This document shows positions 9,357 to 18,600 of a stretch of 64,000 bases of DNA, one piece after another. The DNA comes from Pseudomonas sp. (GTDB taxonomy: Bacteria > Pseudomonadota > Gammaproteobacteria > Pseudomonadales > Pseudomonadaceae). Below the pieces are notes generated by a model. That model did not search any database. It saw only the letters and a program-made list of their open reading frames with translations, and had not been told where the DNA came from. Each line of letters starts with the position of its first letter. Positions within the stretch are counted from its first letter, which is position 1. A program made the translations under genes and the position numbers. Location: contig JAVESM010000008.1 in assembly GCA_034006605.1 (NCBI GenBank), forward strand, positions 34,081-98,080. Reading direction: 5' to 3'.

Positions 9357-10373
9357 CTACCGCGGTGATAACTCCCGCAGATGCCGTGCTACCGCTAACC
9401 AAGCACCGATGTAACCTAATAATATTGCACCAAGTAACAATGAAAAGCCATCCTCAACTGGCACGCCCGACAAACTGAACTCACTGCCATACAGTTGTGC
9501 GAGCTGCACTACAGATTCATTCAGCCAGTTGAGGCCAAAGGCTAACAACAGCCAAGCCAATACCCCACCAGCTAAGCCATATAACACGCCCATATACAAA
9601 AATGGTCGACGTACATAGCCATCGGTACCGCCAACCAGTTTAATCACTTCAATTTCGACTCGGCGATTCTCAATATGCAAACGAATGGTATTCCCCACTA
9701 CCAGCAATAGCGCGGCAATCAGCAAAACTGACAAAGCAAAAATAAAATGCTCACCCATCTGCAAAATAGCGGCTAAACGCTCAATCCACATCAAATCAAG
9801 TTGTGCCTGCTGCACCTTAGGCATGCTTTTCAGCTCATCCAGTAACGCCACTAAGGTGTCTTTATCAATGACCTCAGGGGTGACTAAAATACTGCCAGGC
9901 AGAGGGTTGTCCGGTAATTCACGTAAGGCCTCGCCTAAACCGGATTGTTCCTGAAACTCAGCCAGCGCTTGCTCTCGACTGATCCACTGCACCTCAGCCA
10001 CATGTTCGTGCTCAGCAATTTTATCGCGGAGTAATTCGCCGTAGGTGTCACCTGCATCCAACTCTAAAAACAATGAAATTTGTGCCGCACGCTGCCATGA
10101 GCCACCCAGCTGACTGACATTCTCTAATAACAGCGCCAAGCCCATCGGCAAACTTAAGGCTACAGCCATCACTAGACAAGTAAAAAAGCTACCCAGTGGT
10201 TGTCGAACTAAACGACTGACACTGTCTGCGCAGCTGGCCCGGTGGTTTTCTAGCCAAGCGCGAAACTGATGCCGAAAACCACGGGTATCCGATAAGGAGG
10301 TTTCGACTTTATGTTTCGCAGTTGCGCCAACGCGCTCACCGGGCTGGTCTGGGGTTACACGATCAGAACACAT
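9357..10373 (-). CDS. ftsX: cell-division ABC transporter permease FtsX
   Basis: 338 aa with four TM segments and a large periplasmic loop. Immediately downstream of ftsE; stop and start share a base. Confidence 0.9.
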   Translation of the reverse strand: MCSDRVTPDQPGERVGATAKHKVETSLSDTRGFRHQFRAWLENHRASCADSVSRLVRQPLGSFFTCLVMAVALSLPMGLALLLENVSQLGGSWQRAAQISLFLELDAGDTYGELLRDKIAEHEHVAEVQWISREQALAEFQEQSGLGEALRELPDNPLPGSILVTPEVIDKDTLVALLDELKSMPKVQQAQLDLMWIERLAAILQMGEHFIFALSVLLIAALLLVVGNTIRLHIENRRVEIEVIKLVGGTDGYVRRPFLYMGVLYGLAGGVLAWLLLAFGLNWLNESVVQLAQLYGSEFSLSGVPVEDGFSLLLGAILLGYIGAWLAVARHLRELSPR

Positions 10374-11041
10374 TAGACAGCCTCTCCATCACCAATCAAA
10401 CGGCCACGTTGCAAGGTCAGCATGCGCTGACGCATACGGGCAATTAACGCCAAGTCATGGCTGGCAATCAGTACCGTAGTGCCCAACTGATTAATATCTT
10501 CAAATACCGACATGATTTCTGCAGCAAGACGTGGGTCGAGGTTACCGGTCGGCTCATCTGCCAGTAATAAAGCCGGCTGATGGACAATCGCCCGCGCAAT
10601 ACCAACCCGCTGCTGCTGTCCAGTAGACAAGTCTGCAGGGGCTTGCAGAGCTTTGTCTTTTAAACTGACGCGTTCGAGCGCCAAGCTCACCCGTTGATTA
10701 ATTTCATCTTGCGGTAAACCTAAAATCTGTAACGGTAAGGCCACGTTAGCAAACACACTGCGATCAAATAACAATTGATGATTCTGAAATACCACACCAA
10801 TTTGGCGGCGCAAGAAAGGGATCTGAGCATTACTGATCGTGGCTAAGTCTTGCCCAGCCAAGAGCAACTTACCGGCCGATGGGCGCTCCATTGCTAAGAG
10901 CAAACGCAACATGGTGCTTTTGCCCGCGCCAGAATGACCCGTAACAAATAAAAACTCACCACGGCGCACGCGAAAACTCAACTCATGTAAACCGACATGG
11001 CCGTTGGGATAACGCTTTGCGACCTGCTCAAATCGAATCAT
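10373..11041 (-). CDS. ftsE: cell-division ATP-binding protein FtsE
   Basis: Walker A GHSGAGKST, ABC signature LSTGQQQRV, Walker B LLLADEPT. 4-nt overlap with ftsY. Confidence 0.92.
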   Translation of the reverse strand: MIRFEQVAKRYPNGHVGLHELSFRVRRGEFLFVTGHSGAGKSTMLRLLLAMERPSAGKLLLAGQDLATISNAQIPFLRRQIGVVFQNHQLLFDRSVFANVALPLQILGLPQDEINQRVSLALERVSLKDKALQAPADLSTGQQQRVGIARAIVHQPALLLADEPTGNLDPRLAAEIMSVFEDINQLGTTVLIASHDLALIARMRQRMLTLQRGRLIGDGEAV

Positions 11042-12591
11042 GCAGAATCCTTCTCAGCAAATAACGCTTTCACAAAATCATCGGCAACAAAATCACGCAA
11101 ATCATCAATCCCTTCACCGACACCAATATAGCGCACAGGAATTTCAAAATGCTTAGCAAGAGCAAAAATCACCCCACCTTTAGCTGTACCATCCAGCTTA
11201 GTTAAAGCTAAACCAGTCAGCGGAATAGTTTCATTGAACTGACGGGTTTGGTTGATCGCATTTTGTCCAGTGCCGGCATCAAGCACCAACAACACTTCAT
11301 GCGGCGCGCTGTCATCAAGCTTACTCATCACCCGGCCGACTTTACGCAACTCTTCCATTAAATTGTCTTTGGTGTGTAAGCGTCCTGCCGTATCGGCAAT
11401 CAATACATCCATGCCACGTGACTTAGCCGCTTGTAACGCATCAAAAATTACTGAGGCTGAATCAGCACCGGTATGCTGCGCAATCACTGGAATTTTATTG
11501 CGCTCACCCCAAACTTGTAGCTGTTCAACCGCGGCTGCACGAAAGGTATCACCAGCGGCCAACATGACTTTTTTGCCTTCTTTTTGCAGACGCGCGGCAA
11601 GCTTACCGATGGTTGTGGTTTTACCCGCACCATTCACGCCCACCACTAAAATCACATAGGGATTTTTATCCGCGGCAATCTGCATCGGCTGTTCGATTGG
11701 GCGTAATAAATCAGCCATTTCAACTTGCAAGGCTTGATACAACGCACCACTATCAGCCAACTCTTTACGCGCCACACGGCGAATTAAGTTGCCCATAATT
11801 GCAGTAGTGGCTTCCATTCCGACATCAGCCGTCAGCAGTCGCGTTTCCAACTCATCAAGCAAGTCATCATCAATTTCTTTCTTGCCCAAAAATAGGCTGG
11901 CCATCCCTTCGCCAAGACTCGAGCTGGTTTTGGCTAAGCCTTGTTTTAAGCGGGCAAACCAACTGGCTTTGTTATCTTGCGGCTTATCCTGCCCACCCAA
12001 ATTAGCATCCAATTTAGGCTCACTCTCATCGAGAGCCGTCATGTCTGCCTCTAACTCGACAACCGTTTCCACGGCGACAGGAGGCACTACAACGTCACTG
12101 CCACCGCTGATCCGAAAACGAGAATAGGCTGGACGTACAGGTTCTATAGAGGATGCTGTCGAGTCGATGTGTGGCTGTGCTGCAGTTGTTTCAGCTACGC
12201 CTGGCTTAACCAGCTCGCTATCCAACGCAGCGCTGGGTTGCACCGACTCAAGCGCAGACTGCGCAGTGTTTGCAGAGGACACCGCCTGCTCTATGAGCGT
12301 CGGTTCTGTCTCAGTGCTTGGTGTAGTTGGCGCGGACAGGGGCTCTACAACTGACGGTTGAGACTCATTTGGCGCAGCCTCAACAACCTGCAACGGGGCT
12401 TGCGCTGCTGTAGGATCAACAGCGCCAAGCTCTGTGGCTTCAGGTTCAGCTGTTTTTTTGCTAAACCAAGAAAATAAGCCCTTCTTCGTCGGCTTAGTTG
12501 TAGATTGATGAGCTGTTGCATCAACAGCTTCAGAAGTATCAGCGCGAGGCGCTGGTTGTGGTGATTTTTTATCGTCGCCGGAACCAAACAT
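11038..12591 (-). CDS. ftsY: signal-recognition-particle receptor FtsY
   Basis: Acidic, low-complexity N-terminal A domain followed by an NG domain with GVNGAGKTTTIGKL, DTAGR and TKLDGTAKGG motifs. Confidence 0.92.
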   Translation of the reverse strand: MFGSGDDKKSPQPAPRADTSEAVDATAHQSTTKPTKKGLFSWFSKKTAEPEATELGAVDPTAAQAPLQVVEAAPNESQPSVVEPLSAPTTPSTETEPTLIEQAVSSANTAQSALESVQPSAALDSELVKPGVAETTAAQPHIDSTASSIEPVRPAYSRFRISGGSDVVVPPVAVETVVELEADMTALDESEPKLDANLGGQDKPQDNKASWFARLKQGLAKTSSSLGEGMASLFLGKKEIDDDLLDELETRLLTADVGMEATTAIMGNLIRRVARKELADSGALYQALQVEMADLLRPIEQPMQIAADKNPYVILVVGVNGAGKTTTIGKLAARLQKEGKKVMLAAGDTFRAAAVEQLQVWGERNKIPVIAQHTGADSASVIFDALQAAKSRGMDVLIADTAGRLHTKDNLMEELRKVGRVMSKLDDSAPHEVLLVLDAGTGQNAINQTRQFNETIPLTGLALTKLDGTAKGGVIFALAKHFEIPVRYIGVGEGIDDLRDFVADDFVKALFAEKDSA

Positions 12592-12736
12592 AGAAAAAGG
12601 CTATCTCAGCAGGTCACACAATCTGTGTTATATCAATAAATACACACAGTTGTGGTTGTTAATAAAAGGGTTGCGTATCCTAGCACCTCTAAGCCTCTGT
12701 AGCTAAATTCAGAACGCAGTTTGAAAGGTCCCAAGC

Positions 12737-14077
12737 ATGAAAAATTATTTAAGCTACATCGTACTCTTTTTTTCCAGTACTTTTATAGCGCCACTTATGG
12801 CGCAAACGTCTACCACCGAGTTCAGCTTGGACAACGGACTTAAGGTGATTGTTCGCGAAGACCATCGCGCACCGGTCGTTGTCAGCCAGCTTTGGTATAA
12901 GGTCGGTTCCAGCTATGAAAAGCCTGGCAGTACCGGTTTAGCTCATGCCCTAGAACATATGATGTTTAAAGGCAGTAGCAAATTAGGCCCAGGTGAAGCA
13001 TCACGGGTATTACGTGAGCTCGGCGCAGAAGAAAACGCGTTTACCAGCGATGATTACACCGCTTATTATCAAGTATTAGCCCGTGACCGTTTGCCTGTTG
13101 CCTTAGAAATGGAGGCCGACCGACTGGCCAGCCTCACCTTGCCTGAAGATGAATTCTTGCGCGAAATTGAAGTGATTAAAGAAGAGCGCCGTATGCGCAC
13201 GGATGATCGCCCCAGCTCACTGGCTTACGAGCGATTCAAAGCACTCGCCTACCCTGCCAGTGGTTATCACATTCCTACGATTGGCTGGATGCATGACCTT
13301 GATCGTATGACCATTACAGATTTACGTGAATGGCATGAACGCTGGTACGCACCGAATAACGCGACTTTAGTCATTGTCGGGGATGTGCAGCCCGACAACG
13401 TTAAAACCTTAGTCACACGCTACTTTGCCAAAATCCCCGCGCGCCCTACTCCAGCGGCTAAACAACCACTTGAATTAGCCGAACCAGGGCAACGTAATCT
13501 GACTTTGTATCTTAAAACTCAGCTACCCAGCTTAATGATGGGTTTTAATGTACCCAGCCTGGCCAGCACTGATAAAGCAAGCAACGTGCATGCATTACGT
13601 CTGATCAGCGCACTATTAGACGGTGGCAACAGTGCACGTTTGCCCGCGCAACTGGAACGCCAACAAGAGTTAGTCGCAGGTGCTTCGGCTTGGTATGACG
13701 CTTTTTCTCGCGGTGATAGTTTATTTATTTTATCAGCCACACCCAACGTGCAAAAAGGTAAAACCATCGCTGATGTTGAAGCAGGACTGTGGCAACAATT
13801 GAAACAACTACAAGACACCCCACCCAGCGCAGCCGAGCTGGCCCGCGTGCGCGCCCAAGTCGTCGCAGCCGAAGTGTATGCGCAAGACTCGATCACCAGC
13901 CAAGCCACACAAATTGGCCAATTGGAAAGTGTTGGGCTCTCATGGCGCTTACAAGACACTGATTTAGCCGCTTTAGAAGCCGTCACGCCTGCAGATATTC
14001 AAGCCGCGGCTAAACACTTCTTCACCCCGAGCAGATTAACCACTGTTTATGTTCACCCAGAGGAGGCGCGCCCATGA
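12737..14077 (+). CDS. M16 (pitrilysin-family) zinc peptidase, catalytic subunit, secreted
   Basis: Signal peptide, then the inverted zinc motif HALEHMMFKG (HxxEH) and a downstream EVIKEERR glutamate region. Confidence 0.85.
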   Translation: MKNYLSYIVLFFSSTFIAPLMAQTSTTEFSLDNGLKVIVREDHRAPVVVSQLWYKVGSSYEKPGSTGLAHALEHMMFKGSSKLGPGEASRVLRELGAEENAFTSDDYTAYYQVLARDRLPVALEMEADRLASLTLPEDEFLREIEVIKEERRMRTDDRPSSLAYERFKALAYPASGYHIPTIGWMHDLDRMTITDLREWHERWYAPNNATLVIVGDVQPDNVKTLVTRYFAKIPARPTPAAKQPLELAEPGQRNLTLYLKTQLPSLMMGFNVPSLASTDKASNVHALRLISALLDGGNSARLPAQLERQQELVAGASAWYDAFSRGDSLFILSATPNVQKGKTIADVEAGLWQQLKQLQDTPPSAAELARVRAQVVAAEVYAQDSITSQATQIGQLESVGLSWRLQDTDLAALEAVTPADIQAAAKHFFTPSRLTTVYVHPEEARP

Positions 14078-15540
14078 TGTCCCTGCGTATATTTAGCGCC
14101 AGCTTAATCAGTGCAGCATTGTTACTCACTGCCAGCTGCAGCACATTTGATACCGCACAATCACTAGAAGCCAGACCAGTCGAGCAACGCATCCATAGCT
14201 TGGCTGCGCTATCCGAACACAATCCAGTGACACGTACCCTTAATATCCAAGAGTGGTACACCGCTTCCGGCACTAAAGTGCTGTTTATGGCCGCGCCTGA
14301 GTTACCGATGTTTGATTTACGCTTAACCTTTGCCGCAGGCAGCAGCAAAGATCAACAGACTTACGGCTTAGCCAGTCTCACCAGCGCCATGCTCAATGAA
14401 GGCACAGGCCACTTAGATGCAGGACAGATTGCCACACGTTTTGAAGACCTTGGTGCCGAGTTTTCTAGTGGCTCTTACCGAGACATGGCAGTGGTGAGTC
14501 TGCGCAGTCTCAGTGATCCTAAACTCAGTACGCCTGCCTTAGAACTCTTTAGCCAAGTCGCAGCACAACCAAGTTTTCCAGCGAGTTCACTGGCGCGGAT
14601 TAAAAACCAATTACTGGCAGGCTTTGAATACGAGAAACAAAACCCGGGCAAACTGGCTTCTTTAGCTCTGTTTGAGCAGCTCTATAGCAAGCATCCTTAC
14701 GCGCATGCCAGTTCAGGCACTGCAGCGTCGATCCCAGCGATTACTCGTCAGCAATTACAGGAATTCCATCGTACCTATTACAGCGCAGAAAATGCACAAA
14801 TTGCCTTGGTCGGCGACTTAACCATTGCCCAAGCTAAAGCCATCACTGAACACGCGTCGGCTCGCCTACCTCGTGGCACGGCTGCGGCCGTGACACCTGA
14901 GCCAATTAAAAGCGACGCCTCCAACACCCATATTGAGTTCCCCTCAACGCAAACTCATATCTTGCTAGCACAACTCAGCGTGAAACGTGGCGACCCAGAT
15001 TATCCTGCGTTGTTTTTAGGCAATCAGATTCTTGGCGGCGGCGGCTTTGGTACCCGTTTAATGGAAGAGGTACGTGAAAAACGCGGCCTAACTTACGGTA
15101 TTTACTCCAGCTTTAGCCCAATGCAAGCCACTGGCCCCTTTATGATTAACGTACAAACCCGCGCGCAACTGAGTGAGGCTACTCTGCAATTGGTGCAAGA
15201 GTTACTGCGTGATTACATTGCTAACGGCCCAACTGCAACAGAACTAGAAAATGCTAAGCGCGAAAGCCTCGGTAGTTTCCCACTAAGCGCAGCAAGTAAC
15301 TCTGCAATTGTTGGGCAACTAGCAGCCATCGGCTTCTATGACATGCCGCTATCGTGGATGAATGACTTTATGCAAGACGTTCAAGCGCTGACTGTTGAAC
15401 AAGTGCATAACGCCTTCCAACGCCACCTCAAGCCTGACCAGTTCGTGATTGTGACTGCCGGACCAACAGTTGAGCAACTACCATTACCTGAGCCGGTTGA
15501 GCGCTCTGAGCAAAATACACCGATGGAGCGCCAGCACTGA
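14074..15540 (+). CDS. M16-family peptidase-like protein lacking HxxEH (probable non-catalytic partner)
   Basis: ATGA overlap with the previous gene. M16 fold-like length and sequence (LNEGTGH...) but no HxxEH motif. Signal-like N-terminus. Confidence 0.78.
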   Translation: MMSLRIFSASLISAALLLTASCSTFDTAQSLEARPVEQRIHSLAALSEHNPVTRTLNIQEWYTASGTKVLFMAAPELPMFDLRLTFAAGSSKDQQTYGLASLTSAMLNEGTGHLDAGQIATRFEDLGAEFSSGSYRDMAVVSLRSLSDPKLSTPALELFSQVAAQPSFPASSLARIKNQLLAGFEYEKQNPGKLASLALFEQLYSKHPYAHASSGTAASIPAITRQQLQEFHRTYYSAENAQIALVGDLTIAQAKAITEHASARLPRGTAAAVTPEPIKSDASNTHIEFPSTQTHILLAQLSVKRGDPDYPALFLGNQILGGGGFGTRLMEEVREKRGLTYGIYSSFSPMQATGPFMINVQTRAQLSEATLQLVQELLRDYIANGPTATELENAKRESLGSFPLSAASNSAIVGQLAAIGFYDMPLSWMNDFMQDVQALTVEQVHNAFQRHLKPDQFVIVTAGPTVEQLPLPEPVERSEQNTPMERQH

Positions 15541-16124
15541 TGGCAAAGAAATCTACTCAGCCTGTGCGCAACAGCTCAGTGCGCATCATTGGTGGAGAAT
15601 GGCGCTCACGTAAAGTCTCTGTGCCAGAGGTGCCAGGCTTGCGCCCGACCCCAGATCGAGTACGTGAAACATTATTTAACTGGTTAGCACCGACGATCCA
15701 AGGCGCTCGAGTATTTGACGCCTTTACCGGTAGCGGCGCCTTATTTCTTGAAGCACTGTCGCGCGGCGCCAGTACTGCTTTGGCTTTGGATTTAAATACC
15801 GATGCAGTGAGTAACCTGCGCCGCAATCTTGCCCTGCTAGAGTGCGACAATGCGCAGGTACTGCGCACCGATGCACTGCAATACTTGAGTCGCCCTGCTG
15901 AACAAGGCTTTGACATTGTCTTACTTGATCCACCTTTCCACCAAGACTTACTGCTCAGCGCCTGCGAGCTGTTAGACCGCAACGGCTGGTTGAATGATCG
16001 TGCGTGGATCTACACAGAAAGTGAACAAGCGCCCTCTAGCTTAGGCGTGCCGAGCACATGGCGTTTACATCGAGAAAAGCATACTGGCCAAGTGCATTAT
16101 GCACTCTGGCAGAAGAAGCCTTAA
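15540..16124 (+). CDS. rsmD: 16S rRNA (guanine966-N2)-methyltransferase RsmD
   Basis: 194 aa with VRIIGGEWRSRK, RPTPDRVRETLFNWL and LLDPPF motifs. Confidence 0.85.
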   Translation: MAKKSTQPVRNSSVRIIGGEWRSRKVSVPEVPGLRPTPDRVRETLFNWLAPTIQGARVFDAFTGSGALFLEALSRGASTALALDLNTDAVSNLRRNLALLECDNAQVLRTDALQYLSRPAEQGFDIVLLDPPFHQDLLLSACELLDRNGWLNDRAWIYTESEQAPSSLGVPSTWRLHREKHTGQVHYALWQKKP

Positions 16125-16177
16125 GTCGGAGTGGCTGACTTAAGCAAGCGAATCCATTAACGTGTAACACTTTCATA

Positions 16178-17089
16178 TTGTCGTCGAGGTCGTCCGTGGA
16201 ATTTTTAAAAGGCCAACTGGTACTGGCTGTCTTAAGACTCATCGCTTTATTGCCTTGGTCTGCAGTACAGCGCTTGGGAAGCGCAATTGGCTGGCTGATG
16301 TGGAAGATTCCCAATCGCGCACGCGAGGTCGCACGCATTAACCTCAGTCACTGCTTTCCAGAACTAAGCGCAGAGGAGATCAACCAATTAACTGGACGCA
16401 GTTTAAAAGGTATCGGTAAATCCTTCACTGAAAGTGCTTGCGCATGGATTTGGCCACCGGCTAAAACTTTAGCGTACGTGCGCGAAATCGAAGGCTTAGA
16501 GATTCTGCAAGAAGCACTGGCCAGCGGTAAAGGCGTGATCGCCATTACCAGCCACCTTGGCAACTGGGAAGTACTCAATCACTTTTTCTGTGCACAATGT
16601 AAACCGATTACTTTTTACCGTCCGCCAAAATTAAAAGCCCTTGACGAGCTGCTCAAAAAACAACGTACCCAGCTCGGTAATCGCATTGCACCGTCAACAC
16701 GCGAAGGCATTACCAGAATAATCAAAGAGGTGCGTAAAGGCGGCGCAGTAGGGATTCCCGTTGACCCAGAGCCCAGTCGCAGTTCCGGTGAGTTTGTACC
16801 ATTTTTAGGCACGACGGCGCTGACCAGTAAATTTGTTACCAGTATGCTCGGCGGCAAACAAGATCAAGTCAGCGCGGTTTTTATGCATGTGATTCGCTTA
16901 GCCGACGGCAGCGGTTTCAAAGTGGTTTTAGAAGCGGCGCCCGATGAAATCTACAGCACCGACAGCTACACGTCCATCAGTGCGATGAGTGGTGTGCTAG
17001 CCCGTTATGTGCAGCGCTGGCCTGATCAGTACATGTGGACAATGAAGCGCTTTAAAAAGCGTCCTGAAGGTGAGAAACGCTGGTATTAG
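16178..17089 (+). CDS. lipid A biosynthesis lauroyl/myristoyl acyltransferase family (LpxL/HtrB-like)
   Basis: 303 aa with an N-terminal membrane anchor and the HX4E motif in ITSHLGNWE. Length is typical of HtrB. The start is uncertain: TTG 16178 or GTG 16196. Confidence 0.72.
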   Translation: MSSRSSVEFLKGQLVLAVLRLIALLPWSAVQRLGSAIGWLMWKIPNRAREVARINLSHCFPELSAEEINQLTGRSLKGIGKSFTESACAWIWPPAKTLAYVREIEGLEILQEALASGKGVIAITSHLGNWEVLNHFFCAQCKPITFYRPPKLKALDELLKKQRTQLGNRIAPSTREGITRIIKEVRKGGAVGIPVDPEPSRSSGEFVPFLGTTALTSKFVTSMLGGKQDQVSAVFMHVIRLADGSGFKVVLEAAPDEIYSTDSYTSISAMSGVLARYVQRWPDQYMWTMKRFKKRPEGEKRWY

Positions 17090-17160
17090 TAACGACTGTG
17101 TTGATATTACAGGGCAAAGCAGCTTACAGTTGAAACCTACTGTCTTTTCCCAATGAGCGT

Positions 17161-17433
17161 ATGGCCATGTCCTCACATCTGCGTCAAAGCATTCGCACCA
17201 GCATGAATTGCCTGATTAAAATCTGCCATCCGCTGTTTGGTGAGATTGTGGCAATGACTGAAGACTTATCCGATGAGGGTGTGTTTATTAAACACTTGGA
17301 GATGACCAAGCTCAAAAAAGGCGACTTCGTCACCGGCCAAGTACAAGATTTACCCATTGCGGCACCCATTCTAAAAATGGAAGTGATGCGCATCACCCGT
17401 TCAGGCGCAGGCTTACGCTTCTGCAAAGAGTAG
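17161..17433 (+). CDS. small PilZ-domain protein (putative c-di-GMP receptor)
   Basis: RxxxR motif (RQSIR) near the N-terminus and a D-x-S-x-x-G motif (DLSDEGVF). Confidence 0.6.
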   Translation: MAMSSHLRQSIRTSMNCLIKICHPLFGEIVAMTEDLSDEGVFIKHLEMTKLKKGDFVTGQVQDLPIAAPILKMEVMRITRSGAGLRFCKE

Positions 17434-17487
17434 TCGGCTTATCAGGCGCGCTAACGGATCATTACTGGGCGCCAGTTTGCTGCAGTG

Positions 17488-18597
17488 CTAGGCGGTTAAA
17501 CTGCGGCGAAAACGGGCTAAAGCAATTAAGAAAAACGTCACACCAATGGCGGTCAGCGCCAGCATTTCCGGCCAGACCAAGGCGACACCCGCATCTCTAA
17601 ATACAATTGCTGTAGACAAGCTCACAAAATGCGTCGTGGGTGAAAACTGCATCACCCATTGCAGCCACGTCGGCATACTATCCAGCGGCGTGCTACCTCC
17701 CGACAACAACATCATCGGCAGCACCACAGGGATGGCCAATAAGCCAAACTGTGGAATAGAACGTGCCAAAGTGGTTAAGAACACCGCCAGTGCGGTACAC
17801 GCAAATAAGTACAGTCCGGTCACAAACAAATACAGTCCCATTGAGCCGACCAACGGCACACCTAAAGCTTTTTTAACAATCAGCTCAAGTGACAACCACG
17901 TACAAAACACGACCACCAACAAGCTGGTCCATATTTTGGCTGACATAATCTCAAAAGCAGTCAGCGGCAGCACCAATAAATGCTCCAAAGTGCCATGCTC
18001 TCGCTCACGTAACAATGCCGTACCAGTGAGCAAAATAGCCAGAATGGTGACGTTATTAATGATCTGAATAATCGCCAAAAACCAACCGCTTTGCATATTG
18101 CTATTAAACAATGCCCGTGTGGTGAGCTTAATGGGTGATGGACTGGTTACACCACTCAACTGCTGCAACTCGCGCTGGAAAATGCGCCCCATATAACCCG
18201 CACCCATAAAGGCTTGGCTCATGGCAGTGGCATCCACATTGACTTGCAACTCAGGTTGTTTACCCGCTAATAAATCTGCTTGAAAATTGACCGGAACATT
18301 AATCACAAAGGTATAGCGTCCACCATCCAAGGCCTCATCAATTTGCGCATAAGGCAACAGTACTGGCGTTTGAAACTGTGGCGGTCGCAATACTTCAGCC
18401 AATTGACGCGATAAACGACTGTTATCTTCATCGACAATCGCCACACTGGCGTTATGCACACCAATGGATGAGCCGGATGCTGGCATATAAATCGCGGCAC
18501 TAAAGGCATACAACATAAACAGCAACAAAACTGAGTCATAACGCAGACTGATCAGTTCTTTGAGACCTAAGCGAAAAATATGGGATAGTTTATTCAC
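17488..18597 (-). CDS. ABC-2 type transporter permease (YhhJ-like)
   Basis: 369 aa with an N-terminal TM, a large extracytoplasmic domain and 5 C-terminal TM helices. Directly downstream of the RbbA-like gene. Confidence 0.8.
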   Translation of the reverse strand: MNKLSHIFRLGLKELISLRYDSVLLLFMLYAFSAAIYMPASGSSIGVHNASVAIVDEDNSRLSRQLAEVLRPPQFQTPVLLPYAQIDEALDGGRYTFVINVPVNFQADLLAGKQPELQVNVDATAMSQAFMGAGYMGRIFQRELQQLSGVTSPSPIKLTTRALFNSNMQSGWFLAIIQIINNVTILAILLTGTALLREREHGTLEHLLVLPLTAFEIMSAKIWTSLLVVVFCTWLSLELIVKKALGVPLVGSMGLYLFVTGLYLFACTALAVFLTTLARSIPQFGLLAIPVVLPMMLLSGGSTPLDSMPTWLQWVMQFSPTTHFVSLSTAIVFRDAGVALVWPEMLALTAIGVTFFLIALARFRRSLTA

Positions 18598-18600
18598 GAC